Source: Haliotis rufescens (taxonomy: Eukaryota). From it: DNA of 64,000 bases. The notes beneath the pieces were generated by a model. It saw only the letters and a program-made list of their open reading frames with translations, did not search any database and had not been told where the DNA came from. Positions 1-14,181 of this stretch are shown here, piece by piece (position 1 is the first letter of the stretch; each line of letters starts with the position of its first letter). The DNA lies in contig NW_025963802.1 in the NCBI RefSeq assembly GCF_023055435.1, forward strand, positions 30,256,001-30,320,000, read 5' to 3'. Position numbers and translations under genes: made by a program.

Positions 1-112
1 AATAAAAATAAAAATCCAAATAGAGTCCAGCACAAAACTTAATTTCAGCAGAGGCAATCTGGACTTGCCATATCATTCTAGACTTGACTATACTCTTTTA
101 AGAAATGTCATA

Positions 113-327
113 TGTCTTGGTACATCTGTGTACAAGATGATGGTTAGGTCCTAAGTTGCACAGTTGGATCACTCCATTATATGTCCATTCAGTTTTATTA
201 AAACAGACAGACTATACTTTTTAAATAAATTTAATATGTCTGGGTACATCTGTGTACAAGATGATGGTTAGGTCCTAAGTTGTACAGTTGGATGACTCCA
301 TTATATGTCCATTTAATTTTATTAAAA
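113..327. repeat. Direct duplication (~90 bp, period ~123)
   Basis: ATGTCT.GGTACATCTGTGTACAAGATGATGGTTAGGTCCTAAGTTG occurs twice. Confidence 0.85.
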
Positions 328-2322
328 TTCTGTTTGAAGATATGTGGGTATTCCTTCAGAGTGTTAAGATATCCAGCGACATTCAGAGGTACTGCCGGTA
401 TCTCCCCAGCAATCTATAAAATATTGGACGTTCCTCAAACACTAAAATATTTTGACATAATAATATGTCCAATAATGTGGAAACATCTTCATTAAGGAAA
501 GTACGGGGTACCCATCACATTTTCGAAATGTTTCTTTTTTCAAGTTCGGGAAACTCATGGGGCTGTTTAGGCATGCCTTTGGAATTAAATAGTGCCGACA
601 TGAAGAATATCTTCATACATTAAACAATATGCGATTCGAAATCTTTGTCTTGTATTCTTGAGATCAATATTCTGTTACAATTGTTTGGGTCACAGGTCAC
701 GAAAGTCAATTTACCCTGTTTCCTGGAACCATCATCTTCAAACTGGGTGAATGTCATTTCCAGCGTCATAATAAGCATTTGTAATGTAGAAAGTAAGTAC
801 GTTTCTCTTCGTTGACAAGGATAACACCTTTTACATATTTGAATTCCAAGCTTTTGTGAATCTTAATGTGTATTGTACACGTTCATTATGTACTATGGTC
901 ATTTTTTATGTGTTTCTCCTGATTACTTTTGCGAACGAACATTTTTCACTGGCGTTGCTTAATAAATATTGTCAGAGGGTATCTTTAATTTATTTTTTAT
1001 TTCTATTTGTTTCTTCAGTTTGTTTGTTGTTTAAAGCCGCACTCAGCAATATGCCAGCTATATGACGGCGGTTATCATGAGCATGACGGTAAGCATGGGT
1101 TGCTGAAGATCTATTCTACCCCGGATCTTCACGGGTCCCACGGTATTGCAAATGTCCACCCCAGCGATTGTTACATTTAAATCAATGGTCCCCTTATGTT
1201 TTGTAGGTAGAATGCTGTAGTCACCCTACTGATAAAAAAACCCCAATGTTCACAGTACAGAGTGAGTGTGGTTTTACGCCGCTTTTAGCAATATTCCAGC
1301 AATACCACGGCAGTGGACAGTAGAAATAGGCTTCACACATTGTACTCGTGTGGGGAATATAAACCAGGTCTTCCGCATGAAGACCCAACACTTTAACCAC
1401 GAGGCTACCCCACCGCCCCCAAAGTTTACAGTAACCTACGCTGGCCGTAAGAGGGGACCAGACAAATCAGGTGGTCAGACTCGGTGACATCGTGGATTGT
1501 GTGCCTTCCTACCCCGACGGCGTGGATCACTGCTCTTAATATCAGTCATTAGATTGTCTGGTTCACACATGATTATTTAAAGCCGCCCTCATACAGCTGG
1601 CATATTGTTAAGTGCGGCGTAAAACAACAAATGCAATGCATAAACAGCATGTTAACGTAGAAAGCCCAGCGTTATACTGTTATCAACTACTGAAATTGTA
1701 ATCACCGTATTTCCATATACTGAATAAAAATGAAAATGCCTCGATTGTATTCGATCAATTGTCATACCCCCTGAAAGTGATTCAGTATAAAGCAATATGG
1801 ATGCCGTTGCTGCCAGATTTGCCAACACAACAGGGTGCTAAAGAGAAGCGCTGATAATTAATAATAAATAATAATTATGACACTTAAACACACAGGAATG
1901 AGGTCGTGTAGATCACCTTCAGAGAAAGACATGTGTTACTAACATTAGATAAATTTCAAATAATTTTAAATAAACGGACGGACAGTTCAATGACCGACAT
2001 CGAATTTGAAGTGGCTTCTGAGAAAATAACAAAATGTAATATAACTTGGCGCAAGGTGATAAATTATGTGAAAGGGAAAACAGGGCCAGGCGTTTACAAC
2101 TGTTAGGGAGACCCATTACCAATTATGGTGCTGACAGATCAAGGGCCATAATCGGGGCGAATCTGGGATTTTGAATCCAAGATCAGAGGATCCTGGCATG
2201 ACTAAGTGAAGGCACTCTGCACAGTAAAATACGGCCCCTCGGACGCCCCAAGAAGATTAATTGAGGATTATTATGAACAGACATTAACTCGTGGCGTTTC
2301 AAACCCAAACTCATATATGATG

Positions 2323-2570
2323 GACCCGTGAAAATCCGGGGTAGAGGTCTGCGGCAAGCCATTCCTGCCGTAAAAGGCGACTATGCTTGTCGTTAGATGC
2401 GACTATCGCCATTGGGTGGTCAGACTTGGTTGATGCATGTCATTGCATCTCTATTGCGTGGATCGATGCTCATGATGTCAATGACTGGATTGTCTGGTCC
2501 AGACTCGATTACCTACAGACCGCCGTCATATAGTTGGAATACTGCTGAGTGCGGCGATAAACAAGAAACA
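2323..2570 (+). mobile_element. SINE-like family 1 (non-tRNA head GACCCGTGAAGATCCGGGGTAG; (AAAC)n tail)
   Basis: ~250-bp repeat. Other copies or fragments at ~1020-1138(-), 1437-1630(+), 3775-4038(-), 9130-9396(-), 9756-9945(+), 11745-12016(+), 31403-31620(-), 40222-40430(-), 40690-40865(+), 53735-53912(-), 55987-56180(+), 57088-57277(-), 58950-59219(-), 61845-62022(-), 62520-62731(-). Confidence 0.85.
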
Positions 2571-3774
2571 AAATCATATCTAATGAGCTAGAGACTGAGT
2601 TCATGTCGTCACCACTATTTCCGTTGTTTCATCGCTGAATGTAAGTCATCAACCAGTGGTTCATACCATCAGCAACCATCAGCAACCATCAGCAAGGTCA
2701 CATTTTGAAACCAAACATTCCTCATTCGTCGGCAGGCATGGGTTGCCGATCGAAAACAGTTACAACTGATACTACAGTCCAACGAAACCTACTTTTTGCT
2801 TTATTAAGCGGAAAAGCATCTCTTAAATTATCACTCAATTAGTTTTGAATATACTTTTTACACAGCACCATGTTCTGACTATATACTAGCGCTTTTCTAG
2901 ATCTAAAAAAAGGGGGGGGGGGGGGGGGGGGGCTTTGGATTTTGTATGGAGACAATATATTTCTTCTATATGTTCTTAATTAAAGCTATGTGTCTATATG
3001 TTTTTAAAAAAAAACACATTCTGAAACAAATTATTTTCAAGCATGTTCTGGAAAAGAAATATTTCCCGATAAAATCCCTGGCTTAAATGGTCGGCCAATT
3101 ATTTATCGTATGTACTATAACACTAGTGTACAATATTAGAAAGCTAAGGTTCTCTGCAGCTCGTCCATGAGTGTGATGTCCAAATTAATTACATTTCATC
3201 CTATTGTGGACATTGTCCCAAATTCCGTTTCCGATAAATGCCACCAGGCAGGAAATTAAATAATGAATTAAAGTCACCAGGAATCGACAGGAACGTGTGA
3301 CATTCAATGATCTGATGTATAAGTACGAAGTAAATGACTTCAGCTCATCCCCTAGCTCCAGGGTATACTAGGTGCGGGGTTGTGGCACACACACACTGTG
3401 TGATTGAGCACGCATTAGTAGCTGCATTCTTGCCAAATAGTTGCCTCAATACATGCACGACTTCTGTTAGTTTGCCTGAATACATGCTTGACTTCTGTTG
3501 AGTTATTTCCGAAATAATCTCAACGAATGGGCCGTTATTTAAAGATGTCAGAGCTATATAATAGAAATTATAAAAAACAACAACTATTTTTACATCTCTT
3601 TTCTGACGCTTTGGTTTGGTTTGTTTTTTGTTTAACGCCGCACTCAGCAAATATTCCATCTATATGCGGCGGTCCTTTTCTGACGTAAATCAGCAGATTT
3701 TCTTCACGCTGTGTACACTGCGTATGGCTATACTTACATATAAAAACACTCAACATTGAAATATCCACATTCAT

Positions 3775-4038
3775 GTTTGTTTGTTGTTTAACGCCGCACT
3801 TAGTAATATTTCAGCTATATGACGGTGGTCTGTAAATAACCGAGTCTGGACCATACATTCCAGTGATTGACATCATGAGCATCGATCCACGCAATTGGGA
3901 TGCGATGACATGCATCATCTAAGTCAGCGAGACTGGCCACCCGATCCCGTTAGTCGCCTCTTATGTACGACAAGCATAGTCGCCTTTAACGGCAAGCATG
4001 GGTTGCTGAAGACCTATTCTACCCCGGGTCCTCACGGA
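3775..4038 (-). mobile_element. SINE-like family 1 copy
   Basis: Near full-length match to the family, minus orientation. Confidence 0.85.
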
Positions 4039-6561
4039 TATCATATACATAAACACTCGCTATACAAATGTAGCAGCAATTATTATACTACATGAACAAC
4101 AAACTCAACTGTCAATGTGCATTCAATGTCTCATTATTAAATATAAATACCTGTCAGCGCTAGCTATACATCACGAACTAATTGAATAACAATAGTCGAT
4201 ATAACAAGAATCGCAAATTTAACACGTTACAGTCGAAATATAGGAAGTTATATTAACATATAGGTGTATACAATCGTGATATTAATCTAAAATATTACAC
4301 TGACAATTGATATTTTAATCGTATTATAACATAAAATACAATTTGAATGTATGTACGCATTTTCTAAAAAATCCGACAGTGTGTCTTTAATGCCTTCACA
4401 ACAATGAATCATGGGTCCCGATCTTATGATAAGGACGAGACTTGGCCACAGTAATTGCCGTGTACCGCTCTACTCGCTCCTAACACTGCCTATACAGCAT
4501 GGGCCGCAGTTTTAAACACTGGCGCCGAATGCTACAAATGAAAGGTGTCATACCATATCCCTTTCATTGAATAACAGCTATCATTTTGTTAGGTGCAACC
4601 ACGTGTGGTCCCCTCGCACTCGCTTCAGCTGCTTGTGTGCCATTAGGCATTATATGCACGCATGATCCGTCGCCAAGTGATTATCGGAATACGGTTGAAT
4701 TCTATCCTATACACTTACCTAATGGAGATAGGAGTCCTCTATAGCTCTGCTGCGGTTTGACGACGATGTTGATACATTGCCATACCATCAAATTCGCGTA
4801 TATTCACTCCAAATCATTGTTGATATTCGGTCCCTTATCATTTCCGGGTTGCTCTCGTCGAAGTGGATAATCTCCCTTTGGTCCGGTCGTTCCGCATCGT
4901 TAAGTAGCTAGGCTACCGTTTGGCGAGCGAAGTGATCGCTATGCGGGAAATGCTTTGCCGTTTTTCTAGAGCTTTCGTTGACAGGGGCGAAATATTTGGG
5001 GTCGTATTGTGAGAGAAATATAGAAACATCCTCTATTTCTCGTTGGCATGTTGCTTTTACCTTGATTGAGTTTACACTGTGACGAAATATTGATTTTTTA
5101 AAAGTGGAAATTATTCCCGTTCGCAATGCAACAGAACAATTTCCCTTTTAATTCACGTTTAATTTGATATTTTCTTAACCAAATATTTAGATTTAATTGG
5201 AAGTATGGATTTCATTGAAAATATTTGATTGCATTTTTGTAAATGCATTAGTGCATTCTCTGTGTGGATTGTGAGAGTTGAACCTAGGCTTGAGAGGCGC
5301 ATGTATGCATGAGAGGGGACATATTGATCATGTATTCATAAAGAGAGGTGTTATCGACCTAACTGTTTATAAATAGGAAACAGTAGTGAGAGGTGAATTC
5401 ACCACACCAGCAGAATTTCTTTGAACTATTGTAGGGATATTGAAAACTTATAAAACGTCTCGTGTTTCAATACAGAGCACAAAAGGACTTGAACGGAGAA
5501 ATGCAGTTGAAATCAATACGTCATTCCTGCTTCGTCAATGCTAGAGACTTAAGGGACCTAGCTAGTTGTTGTGTAAGGCACTGTGCGGTGTCAAGAGGCA
5601 GGTCCCGGGTAATGAAAAAAGAGGGTGTTGGGTGGTTGGGTCTCGGCCGGAGGATTTAGGGGAGTGGGTAGGGGGATAGGAATTGTAACCACTCCCGCCT
5701 CTGGATCCGCTAGTGTGTACCATATGGTATTGTGTGGTGTTTGGGGTGAGCAGGGACCATATAATCTATTATATGGTCCCTGGGGTGAGGTGGCGGGGGG
5801 TGGCGCAACTCTCGGTCCCCCGGGGCCTGTGTTACTAATAGTTGGTGACCCCCTTTGCTACCTACAACTTCCAAAATATCGAAATCATTCCCTCAACTAT
5901 AAAAGGGTAAACAATAGTTGATATATTTTGTCACCCACATTTGAACTTATGCGACCCTCCCTTATGACTCCGGCCCATACATTCCTACAACAAATGACCG
6001 CTCCCGAACTCGGCTGTGGCAGTGGGTGGTCTGATATACAGCATACCATATATAGGGCTAAACTTCTCTCTACACGGCCGTTTAATCCCATGGAGATTGC
6101 TGTAAAAAACAGGTTCATGAGAATAACATAACAGCAAAAATCACTCCATTTACTTTTATGGCTGGATTAATTCAGCGAAATAGCGTTTGTCTTATAACGA
6201 GGTATGGATGTATAGTTACCCGTTTTAACGATCTGTAAGTGGCATGAACACAAACACATAGTGTTGTCTCCAGGTGTGGAGAAGTTTTAATGAGAATAGA
6301 ATAATCACATTGTGAGTATTCGATACCACAACCATTTGACAGCCTTCCCATGATTGATACCTCAGAAAGGACTTCCGAGAAAATGTTGACACAAAATCAA
6401 TTTTCTCTTTGATTTCGTTTCTAAACATTTATTATATCCATACTATCAATGTTATGTTTCTGTTTTAAACTTGGTTTATAGTTCCTTGTTTATTGTTATT
6501 CATGTCATGCTAATTTGCATCACGACTTTCTAAATCAACGTCCGTTTGCTGGTTTTACATT

Positions 6562-7122
6562 CCTACCGGCGGTCACGATGTGGCTGAAATATTGCCGATG
6601 TGACGTAATGCACTCACTCACTCCTACCGGCGGTCACGATGTGGCTGAAATACTGCCGATGTGACGTAAAGCACTCACTCACTCCTACTGACGGTCACGA
6701 TGTGGCTGAAATACTGCCGATGTGACGTAAAGCACTCACTCACTCCTACTGACGGTCACGATGTGGCTGAAATACTGCCGATGTGACGTAAAGCACTCAC
6801 TCACTCCTACCGGCGGTCACGATGTGGCTGAAATACTGCCGATGTGACGTAAAGCACTCACTCACTCCTACCGGCGGTCACGATGTGGCTGAAATACTGC
6901 CGATGTGACGTAAAGCACTCACTCACTCCTACCGGCGGTCACGATGTGGCTGAAATATTGCCGATGTGACGTAAAGCACTCACTCACTCCTACTGACGGT
7001 CACGATGTGGCTGAAATATTGCCGATGTGACGTAAAGCACTCACTCACACCTACCGGCGGTCACGATGTGGCTGAAATATTGCCGATGTGACGTAAAGCA
7101 CTCACTCACTCCTACCGACGGT
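6562..7122 (+). repeat. 61-bp minisatellite, ~9 copies, derived from a SINE/LINE 3' tail
   Basis: Unit CCTACCGGCGGTCACGATGTGGCTGAAATACTGCCGATGTGACGTAAAGCACTCACTCACT. Confidence 0.95.
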
Positions 7123-7144
7123 TCATCGTGTATAATGTTTACTG

Positions 7145-7412
7145 GGGGGCAGGGGTGGCCCAGTCGTCTAAGGCGCCGCGATTCGCTGTGCAGAGTTGCG
7201 TCCCTTGGGCACGCCCGAAACCTATGATTGTGGGTTTGAATGCCGGTTCGCTCCGATTATGTTTCTAGGTTTGTGAGCACCACACCCGTGCTCGTGGGTA
7301 AATGTCTGAGACCTGCATCACTTCGGGCTTTCCTCCCACGTTCAGCTGACACGCCGTGATATAACTGGAATACTGTTAAAAGCGGCGTTACACCCAACTC
7401 CCTCACTCACTC
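7145..7412 (+). mobile_element. SINE family 3 copy
   Basis: Full-length with 12-bp TSD. Confidence 0.85.
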
Positions 7413-7538
7413 AAACACTAATGTTTACTGTAATATAGTGTCTGCCCGCATTAGGATAACATCAAACTTAGACCACTTTCCGACTTTAATTCTTATTTTC
7501 TTTGTGACGATAAACCGTTTTCCCCCGTCCTTAAGTAA

Positions 7539-7691
7539 AGTGAGACCCTGTTAAACCGGACGGTAAGCTCCAAGTAAATTCATACGGATTAACGAATTTA
7601 GTTCCTTTAACGAATAGAGACGTTCCCAACAGTAATTACCAGAAAGGATGTTTTCGGATTAATCGGGTCCGTTCTAACGACGTCTCACTGC
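7539..7691. mobile_element. Tc1/pogo-type MITE remnant (CAGTGAAACC-like TIR)
   Basis: AGTGAGAC...CCGGAC / GTCCG...GTCTCACTG; related ends at 34133-34328 and 38126. Confidence 0.5.
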
Positions 7692-9129
7692 ATTCCACAG
7701 CACACTGAAACCCATAACCTTCTATGTTTGTCTGATTGCAACTAACAAACATGTTACGTCGATATTTCTAGACGTATTATCCTCGGGGCATATGAGTGGG
7801 TGTCAAATCTAAAACACAGTATGATTACAACATGTCATGAGTTCTCCCTTTTTAAAAACTGTTTATGTTGGTGAAAATCAGCACACGCCGCTGTATGATA
7901 ATATAGAAGGAAATAATGCCCGCCGGTAAAGTAGACCTCGAATACGTTACACATGTCAAATAAAATTGAATCTGTGAAAGAAAATATTTTAGGATTTTCT
8001 TTTGTTAAATTGTATTTTAATGTTTAATAGAAAGGAGCCCTGATAAGTTAGCTCTTCCTGAAACTGTTGACATTTTGACTTTTGAATTTTCTGACATTTG
8101 GGTTGCATGGTATGTATGAGAGACATCAATCAAATGCTGGGAAGTATTTTCATGACATTTGTATTGATATTTTCTCGATGTCAATGTCAATTTAAGACAA
8201 TTTGAATATAGAGAAAAGCTTTGGAAAATAATTTTGCTCGAATGAAATAACATAAATGTCGTCGTCATTGTGCTGTGTGAATATGAAAGCTCCCGGGCTT
8301 GAGATACTGGTGGCAGATTGTTGGCTCCATCATAGTCGCTAGGTCTGACCCTGAACACAGGGCTCGCTGTTGTATTGACACGGATAGAGTGGGATTTGTT
8401 TACTTTGATTTCAGCTCTTGATAAAGATTATTCATGGACTGTTCTCATACGATATGTGTCCTAATATTGACTTACAGTCGTGCTGAAAGAAAAAAATATT
8501 GATTGGCATGTTTGGAGTCAACCGTAAACGTCCTCGGAAAGAAAGGGGAATATTTTACGGGCGGTTCTGTCGTTTTTAATCCGGCTACACGCTTCATGGT
8601 TAAAGGTAGGGTGTAGCAGCACAGTGGTTAACGTGTTCGCTCATCACACTAACAACCAGGTTTGATTTCACTCATGGTACAATATGTGCAGCTTATTGCT
8701 TTTACTTGTCCCTGGCGTGAAATTGTTCGAATGTTGCTTAAAAACGATGTGAAACCGACTCACTTTCTAAATGGGGGCACGGGAGACCATGTCGTCTGAG
8801 GTGCCGTAATCCGTTGTGCAGAGACGCTGGGCCTAAATGATGTTTCTGGGTTTGTCAGCACCACATCCGGGGTCGTGGGTTTCGTCAAGGTGGCAAACGA
8901 CTTAGGCCTGCATCACTTCGGGCTTTCCTTCCACATCAAGCTGACACGCCATGATATAACGCGAATGCTGCTAAAAGCGGCGGAAACCAGACTCATTCAT
9001 TTACTTACTGTGTGATCTTAACCGCATAGTTCAGATACCTGGTAAGTTTAAAGTGTAGCTAGATGTTTGTAATATGCTCCTCTACTTATAACAGAAGTAC
9101 TATTAATGTACTCAATACACAATCTTGTA

Positions 9130-9396
9130 TGGTTGGTTGGTTAGTTGTTAAATGCCGCACTCAGCAATGTTCCAGCTATATGACAGCGGTCTGTAAATAA
9201 TCGAGTCTGGACCAGACAATCCAGTGATTGATATCATGAGCATCGATCCACGCAGTTGGGATACGATGACATGCATAAACCAAGTCAGCGAGTCTGACCA
9301 CCCGATCCCGTTAGTCGCCTTTTACGAAAAGAATAGTCGCCTTTTACAGCAAGCATGGGTTGCTGAAGACCTATTCTACCCCGGATCTTCATGGGT
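9130..9396 (-). mobile_element. SINE-like family 1 copy
   Basis: Full-length, microsatellite tail. Confidence 0.85.
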
Positions 9397-12054
9397 GCAA
9401 TACACAATCTACTACAGGTCAACGCATATAGCAAAAGCTGATGTCTCTTTTTGTTTGGTTTGTTGTTTTAGATCGTAATTGACACTATTCTACCTACAAA
9501 TATATATCACGGTAGCCTATATACAATCCACATAAACCAGTGGTTGAAATAATGAGCAACTTCAGGGAACAAAGGCGTGTAATCAACAAAGTCACCCAGT
9601 CCTTTTCAGTCGCCTCTTACAAGCATAGGTTTCTGGAGACATATCCCCGAGCGCAATCACCGGGGAAACAGGCAAAGAAAAGCTACTGGTGACTCCAGAG
9701 CCTCGACGACAGACAAAGCAAGGCCATGCTTTCTAGGTTCAATCAGCCACAAATAACCCATGCTTGTCGTAAGAGGCAATTAACGGGATCGGGTGGTCAG
9801 GCTCGCTGACTTGGTTGATGCCATCGTATCCCAATTGCAGGATGCTCCGGATGTCAATCACTGGATTGTTTAGTCCGGACTCGATTATTTGCAGACCGCC
9901 GTCATATAGCTGGAAAATTGTTGAGTGCGGCGTTAAACAACAAACAGTCCATAGAGGCTTACGGAGTGAATGTGATTTAACACCGCTTCTTCCAATAATT
10001 CAGCCACATCTAGACAGGGGAAACGGAGACTGTGCTTCACACAATATGTTGTTGTTAAACATCACACAAACAAAACATCAACCAGCCATCATATATTGCA
10101 CGCTGAACATATTAACGAACAAAATATGTCACTGGTTATTAAGATTTAATTTCGTCAGTAGTCAAGTGTATATATCCCTTCCTTTCTACACGGTGCCCTC
10201 TTTCAAACAACTTGGGCTCAATATATTTTGAAGATCTTAATTCACTTCAACATAATACCTGTATGTCTCATGTTGCGTATATGCAAACAACAAAACCATA
10301 ATCAGGCATCAGATCCTAATGTTTGGCGGCTCTTATGATAAACTTGCATTTGGAGTCCAAAAGACATTTGTAAAAACAAATAAACACAAAAGCCTTTAGG
10401 AAAAAGCAATGAGGGTAGAGCAGTACACGTCAATCGGTAAAGGGAGCGGCATTCAAAAAAATTAATTTAAATCTCAATGATGATGCATTTGCAATTACGC
10501 ATTTTCGTGACGATTCTGGTTCGCTGGTCACAGCGTGGCCAACGTAATACTGTTTCTGCCGATAATTTTGGGATATATGCAGACTAGTAGTTATGGGATG
10601 TTATCAGAAATTATTGTAAACTTCAGAACACAAAGTTCATCGTTCTGATTCTAATTGATTATTCTGTCAAACATATTTCTTCAGGTTCTTTAGGTGCTTG
10701 AAAATTGCATGTTGTCGCCTCTTTGGTGTCCATTATTCGTTCACCTTGTCAGTGATTGGTTTAGATGAACACAGCTGTTGTTAGGCATCTGAAAGGAAAC
10801 GTACCAGTAAGAAGGCGTTCGCCAATATGTCATAATATATAGAGCATGAACCCCAAGCAAAACAGTTCAGTCATATCACGACGTGTCAACTTAATGTGGG
10901 GAAAACGTCAAAGTGATGGAAGCCTGAGATTGAATTCACACTACGACCGTTGTTTTATGCGTCATTTAATATGATTTTGTTTTAGAAAAGACAGGAGTGG
11001 GTTGGCCTTACACGCGCGCATGTAGGTCTGTTCAGTTTTTAGTGCAGAACCCCTTGTAATAACAGGCATTTATATTTGGCACAACCAAATACATGAGAGT
11101 TTGTTAAACGTTTTCTCTTCTTCATTACGATGTCTGTAATTATGGGGGCGGTCGGGTAGCCTATTGGTTAAAGCGTTCCCGACATGGGTACAATGTGTGA
11201 AGCCCATTTCTGGTGTCCCCCGCCGTCATATTGCTGGAATATTGCTAAAAGCGGCGTAAAACCATACTCACTCACTGTAATTATGACGAGGAGTTGGTAT
11301 AAACAAATAAACCACTTTCATGTCATTTAAGACGAATTGCTGCTTTCGGATTTATATCGATTTTGAATTTCATCGGTACGATTTTGCAAAAAAACGGACT
11401 GATGTTGGACTTAGTATGCCAAAAGAGTACCTTTTAAAGCATTGTTGTCATGGAGACAGACCTACCTCTAATTTATCCCCCGAACATCCGACAAAGTACC
11501 AACAATTATGATCCGTTTTGGTGCACGGGTGGCCCAGTCATCAAAGACACCTCCATTGCATTGCTGTGCCAGAAATAAATGTTCGTGGGACCAAATCTCA
11601 GATTCGTCCTGATTATGTTTTCGGCTTTTAGAACCACACCCTTGCTCGTGGGTTTCACCGAAGCGGTATACGTCTCAGACCTGCATCATCTCGGGCTTTC
11701 GTCATCAATACTGACAGTCGTCATACATGTAATACTATTCAAAACACCTGTGAAGATCTCAGGTAGAATAGGTCTTCAGCAACCCATGCTTGCCGTAACT
11801 GGCGACTATATAATTCTTGTCGTAAGAGGCGACTAACGGGATCGGGTGGTCAAGCTCGCTGACTTGGTTGATGATGCATGTCATGGTATCCCAATTGCGT
11901 GGATCGATGCTGATGATGTCAATTACTGGAATTGTCAGGTCCAGACTCGAATATTTACAGCCCGCCATCATATTGCTGGAATATTGCTGAGTGCGGCATT
12001 AAACAACAAACAAACAAAGAAATACTGTTAAAAAAATCATTCACTCGCTATTAC

Positions 12055-12460
12055 CTGTTTTACAGAATATCTCGTACACGTTGTACCCCCACTCATAAAC
12101 TGCAGCATTGGAAATAACTTTGGCAGATGCAGAGTTGGCAGATGCAAAGGAAAGCTGAAGAGAACCTGCCATACAAGTACATTCCCCTGTGACGCTCTGG
12201 TATCCAAAATACTGACGCTCGTTCAGAGTGCAGGGAGCGACGCTCAGGGATTCCATATCCGGACACTCACCAGCAGAGGGAGCGCAGGCTATGGCACATT
12301 CAATTCGGTTGACTGTGGACTGTGGCGTTAACGTGACTCCCTTCTGATGTTTTGGTCTCATATTTTCAAAGCCAGGTATCTGCGTCATCTTACACGTGCG
12401 ACACGTTTCAATACTGCTGCTACAGCCTACAAATAGAACGAAGATGAACCTTCCGACCAT
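12055..12460 (-). CDS. Small secreted Cys-rich PAN/apple-like protein, main exon (135 codons)
   Basis: Hydrophobic N-terminus; PAN-like 'RIECAIAC' and 'FGYQSVTGECTC'; donor CAG|GTAATA at 12055. Candidate last exon is 10788-10781 (…CKTDA*), alternatively ~8350-8265. TATA-like TATTTATA at 12545-12538. Confidence 0.6.
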
Positions 12461-14032
12461 GTCTACGTCTGTGTTGCATTGGGTGACTACGGGTCTGTTG
12501 TTTAGTTGTTGGCATCACCACTGTTTCCAGTATCTCCTATAAATACTGAGTACATTGTATGGTTGTTGCGCCTGTCTGTTTTATTGTTATCCGACATGTA
12601 AATTGAAACTGTGTTAGCGGGTGATTCATAGACACACTTTTCATCTGTCAACAGCGTGTTCAATAAATCTTGAGTTAAGTGGCAAAAGGCGTTACGCTGA
12701 CCCTGGGTTACGCGAGGTCGATGACAACGTTGGGGCTCACGGGTTGCCCAATCGTCCAAGACGCTGCAATTCGCTGTGAAGTCCCCCTTGGGCACGCCAG
12801 AAACCTACGATTGTGGGTTCGATTCCCGGTTCGCCCCGACTATGTTTCTAGGCCTGTCAGCGCCATACTGACGCCAGTGGGTTTCACTGCATCACTTCAG
12901 GCTTTCATCCGACATTATGCCGACACACCGTGATATAACTGGAATATTGTTAAAAGCGGCGTTAAACCAGACTCACTCACTCATTCGATGTCTAATATCA
13001 CTAAGGATTGACTTTGAATTGAATGGGGTATATATTCTAAGGTGTATGTTTCAACATGGGTATACTGTTTGACTTACTTTTTCGTTTGGCCAAAAAATAT
13101 TTTTTTGTACTTTTGACACATCCCACTTTCTCACTCAGTCAGGCGCCCGGGGGCGATTCCCCAAATATGTGATGCCCATTTCTTGTGTCCTTCGCACTGA
13201 CATTGCTGAATTATGGTAAAAGCGTCGAAAAACTTAATTCGCTCGCTCAGTCCTTTTCGGGTGTTAAGTATCTGAAGGTTTATATTTTAAACTTTACACA
13301 GGGAACGAGTGACCTCGTGGTCCGCAGTTCACTAAGTTATGTCAGAATCTCTGAGATTCACAATGAATATGGTCCTTAGTTTGTCAGCATCATATCCGTT
13401 CACCCTGGATTTTTACCAAAATGGCAGATGTCTGCTACTTGCATCCCTTTTTCCTTCCTCTCAAATAAACGTGACACACCGTAAAAAATAATGTTCAAAG
13501 CGGCGTTGAAACCGACTCACTCACTTTATCAGAACGGATACACCGTGTATGTAGATTTGCCTGCAACATATGTGCACAAGTATGAGATAGCTTCGCGATA
13601 AATCGCAAAGAACAATGAAGAACGAAGCGTTGTTTATTTCACGATAAACCATTGTTATATCATGACGTCATTTCTGGAGATTCGAACATGCCCTCGCAAC
13701 TTGATAAATTGGACGACGATATGTTTGAGAGAGAAGCGTCTAGTGAGTTGTTCCGCATAGATGTAGCTGGACAGCGCAGATGAACGCAATGACCGAACGA
13801 TCGTACCCAAAAGTGGAAGAGATCTGACAACTGGTAATGGGAGAAAAGGTGCAGATAGTCGATCTGAAAATTGTGAGACTACCACAAACGTACATTAATG
13901 CAGTTGTCCGACATTGCCGAGGTCGGATTGTATTCAGGGAGTCATTATTATTTAAATTTGGGTAAATGTTTGTAAAGCTTGTACAATTTATTGACAACCT
14001 AAAAAAGCTGAACAAAATGTTGATATCTCATA

Positions 14033-14181
14033 TAAGAAATAAACAACTCGTGGTCGTTGTTTATCGCACAATAAAACACTGTAGGGAGAATAAACAAATC
14101 GGGTCTGCGCCCCTCATGGTTTATTCTCCCTGCAGTGTTTTATTGTACGATAAACAATTCCCACTCGTCGTTTATTTCTTA
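14033..14181. mobile_element. Palindromic MITE-like element
   Basis: ~60-bp imperfect inverted arms TAAGAAATAAAC...GGGAGAATAAAC / GTTTATTCTCCC...GTTTATTTCTTA. Confidence 0.65.

Noticed and set aside
540-800. Possible coding remnant on the minus strand
   Set aside because: Only ~52 open codons and no recognisable motif.
6562-7122. CRISPR-like array
   Set aside because: No unique spacers, eukaryotic context, no cas genes.
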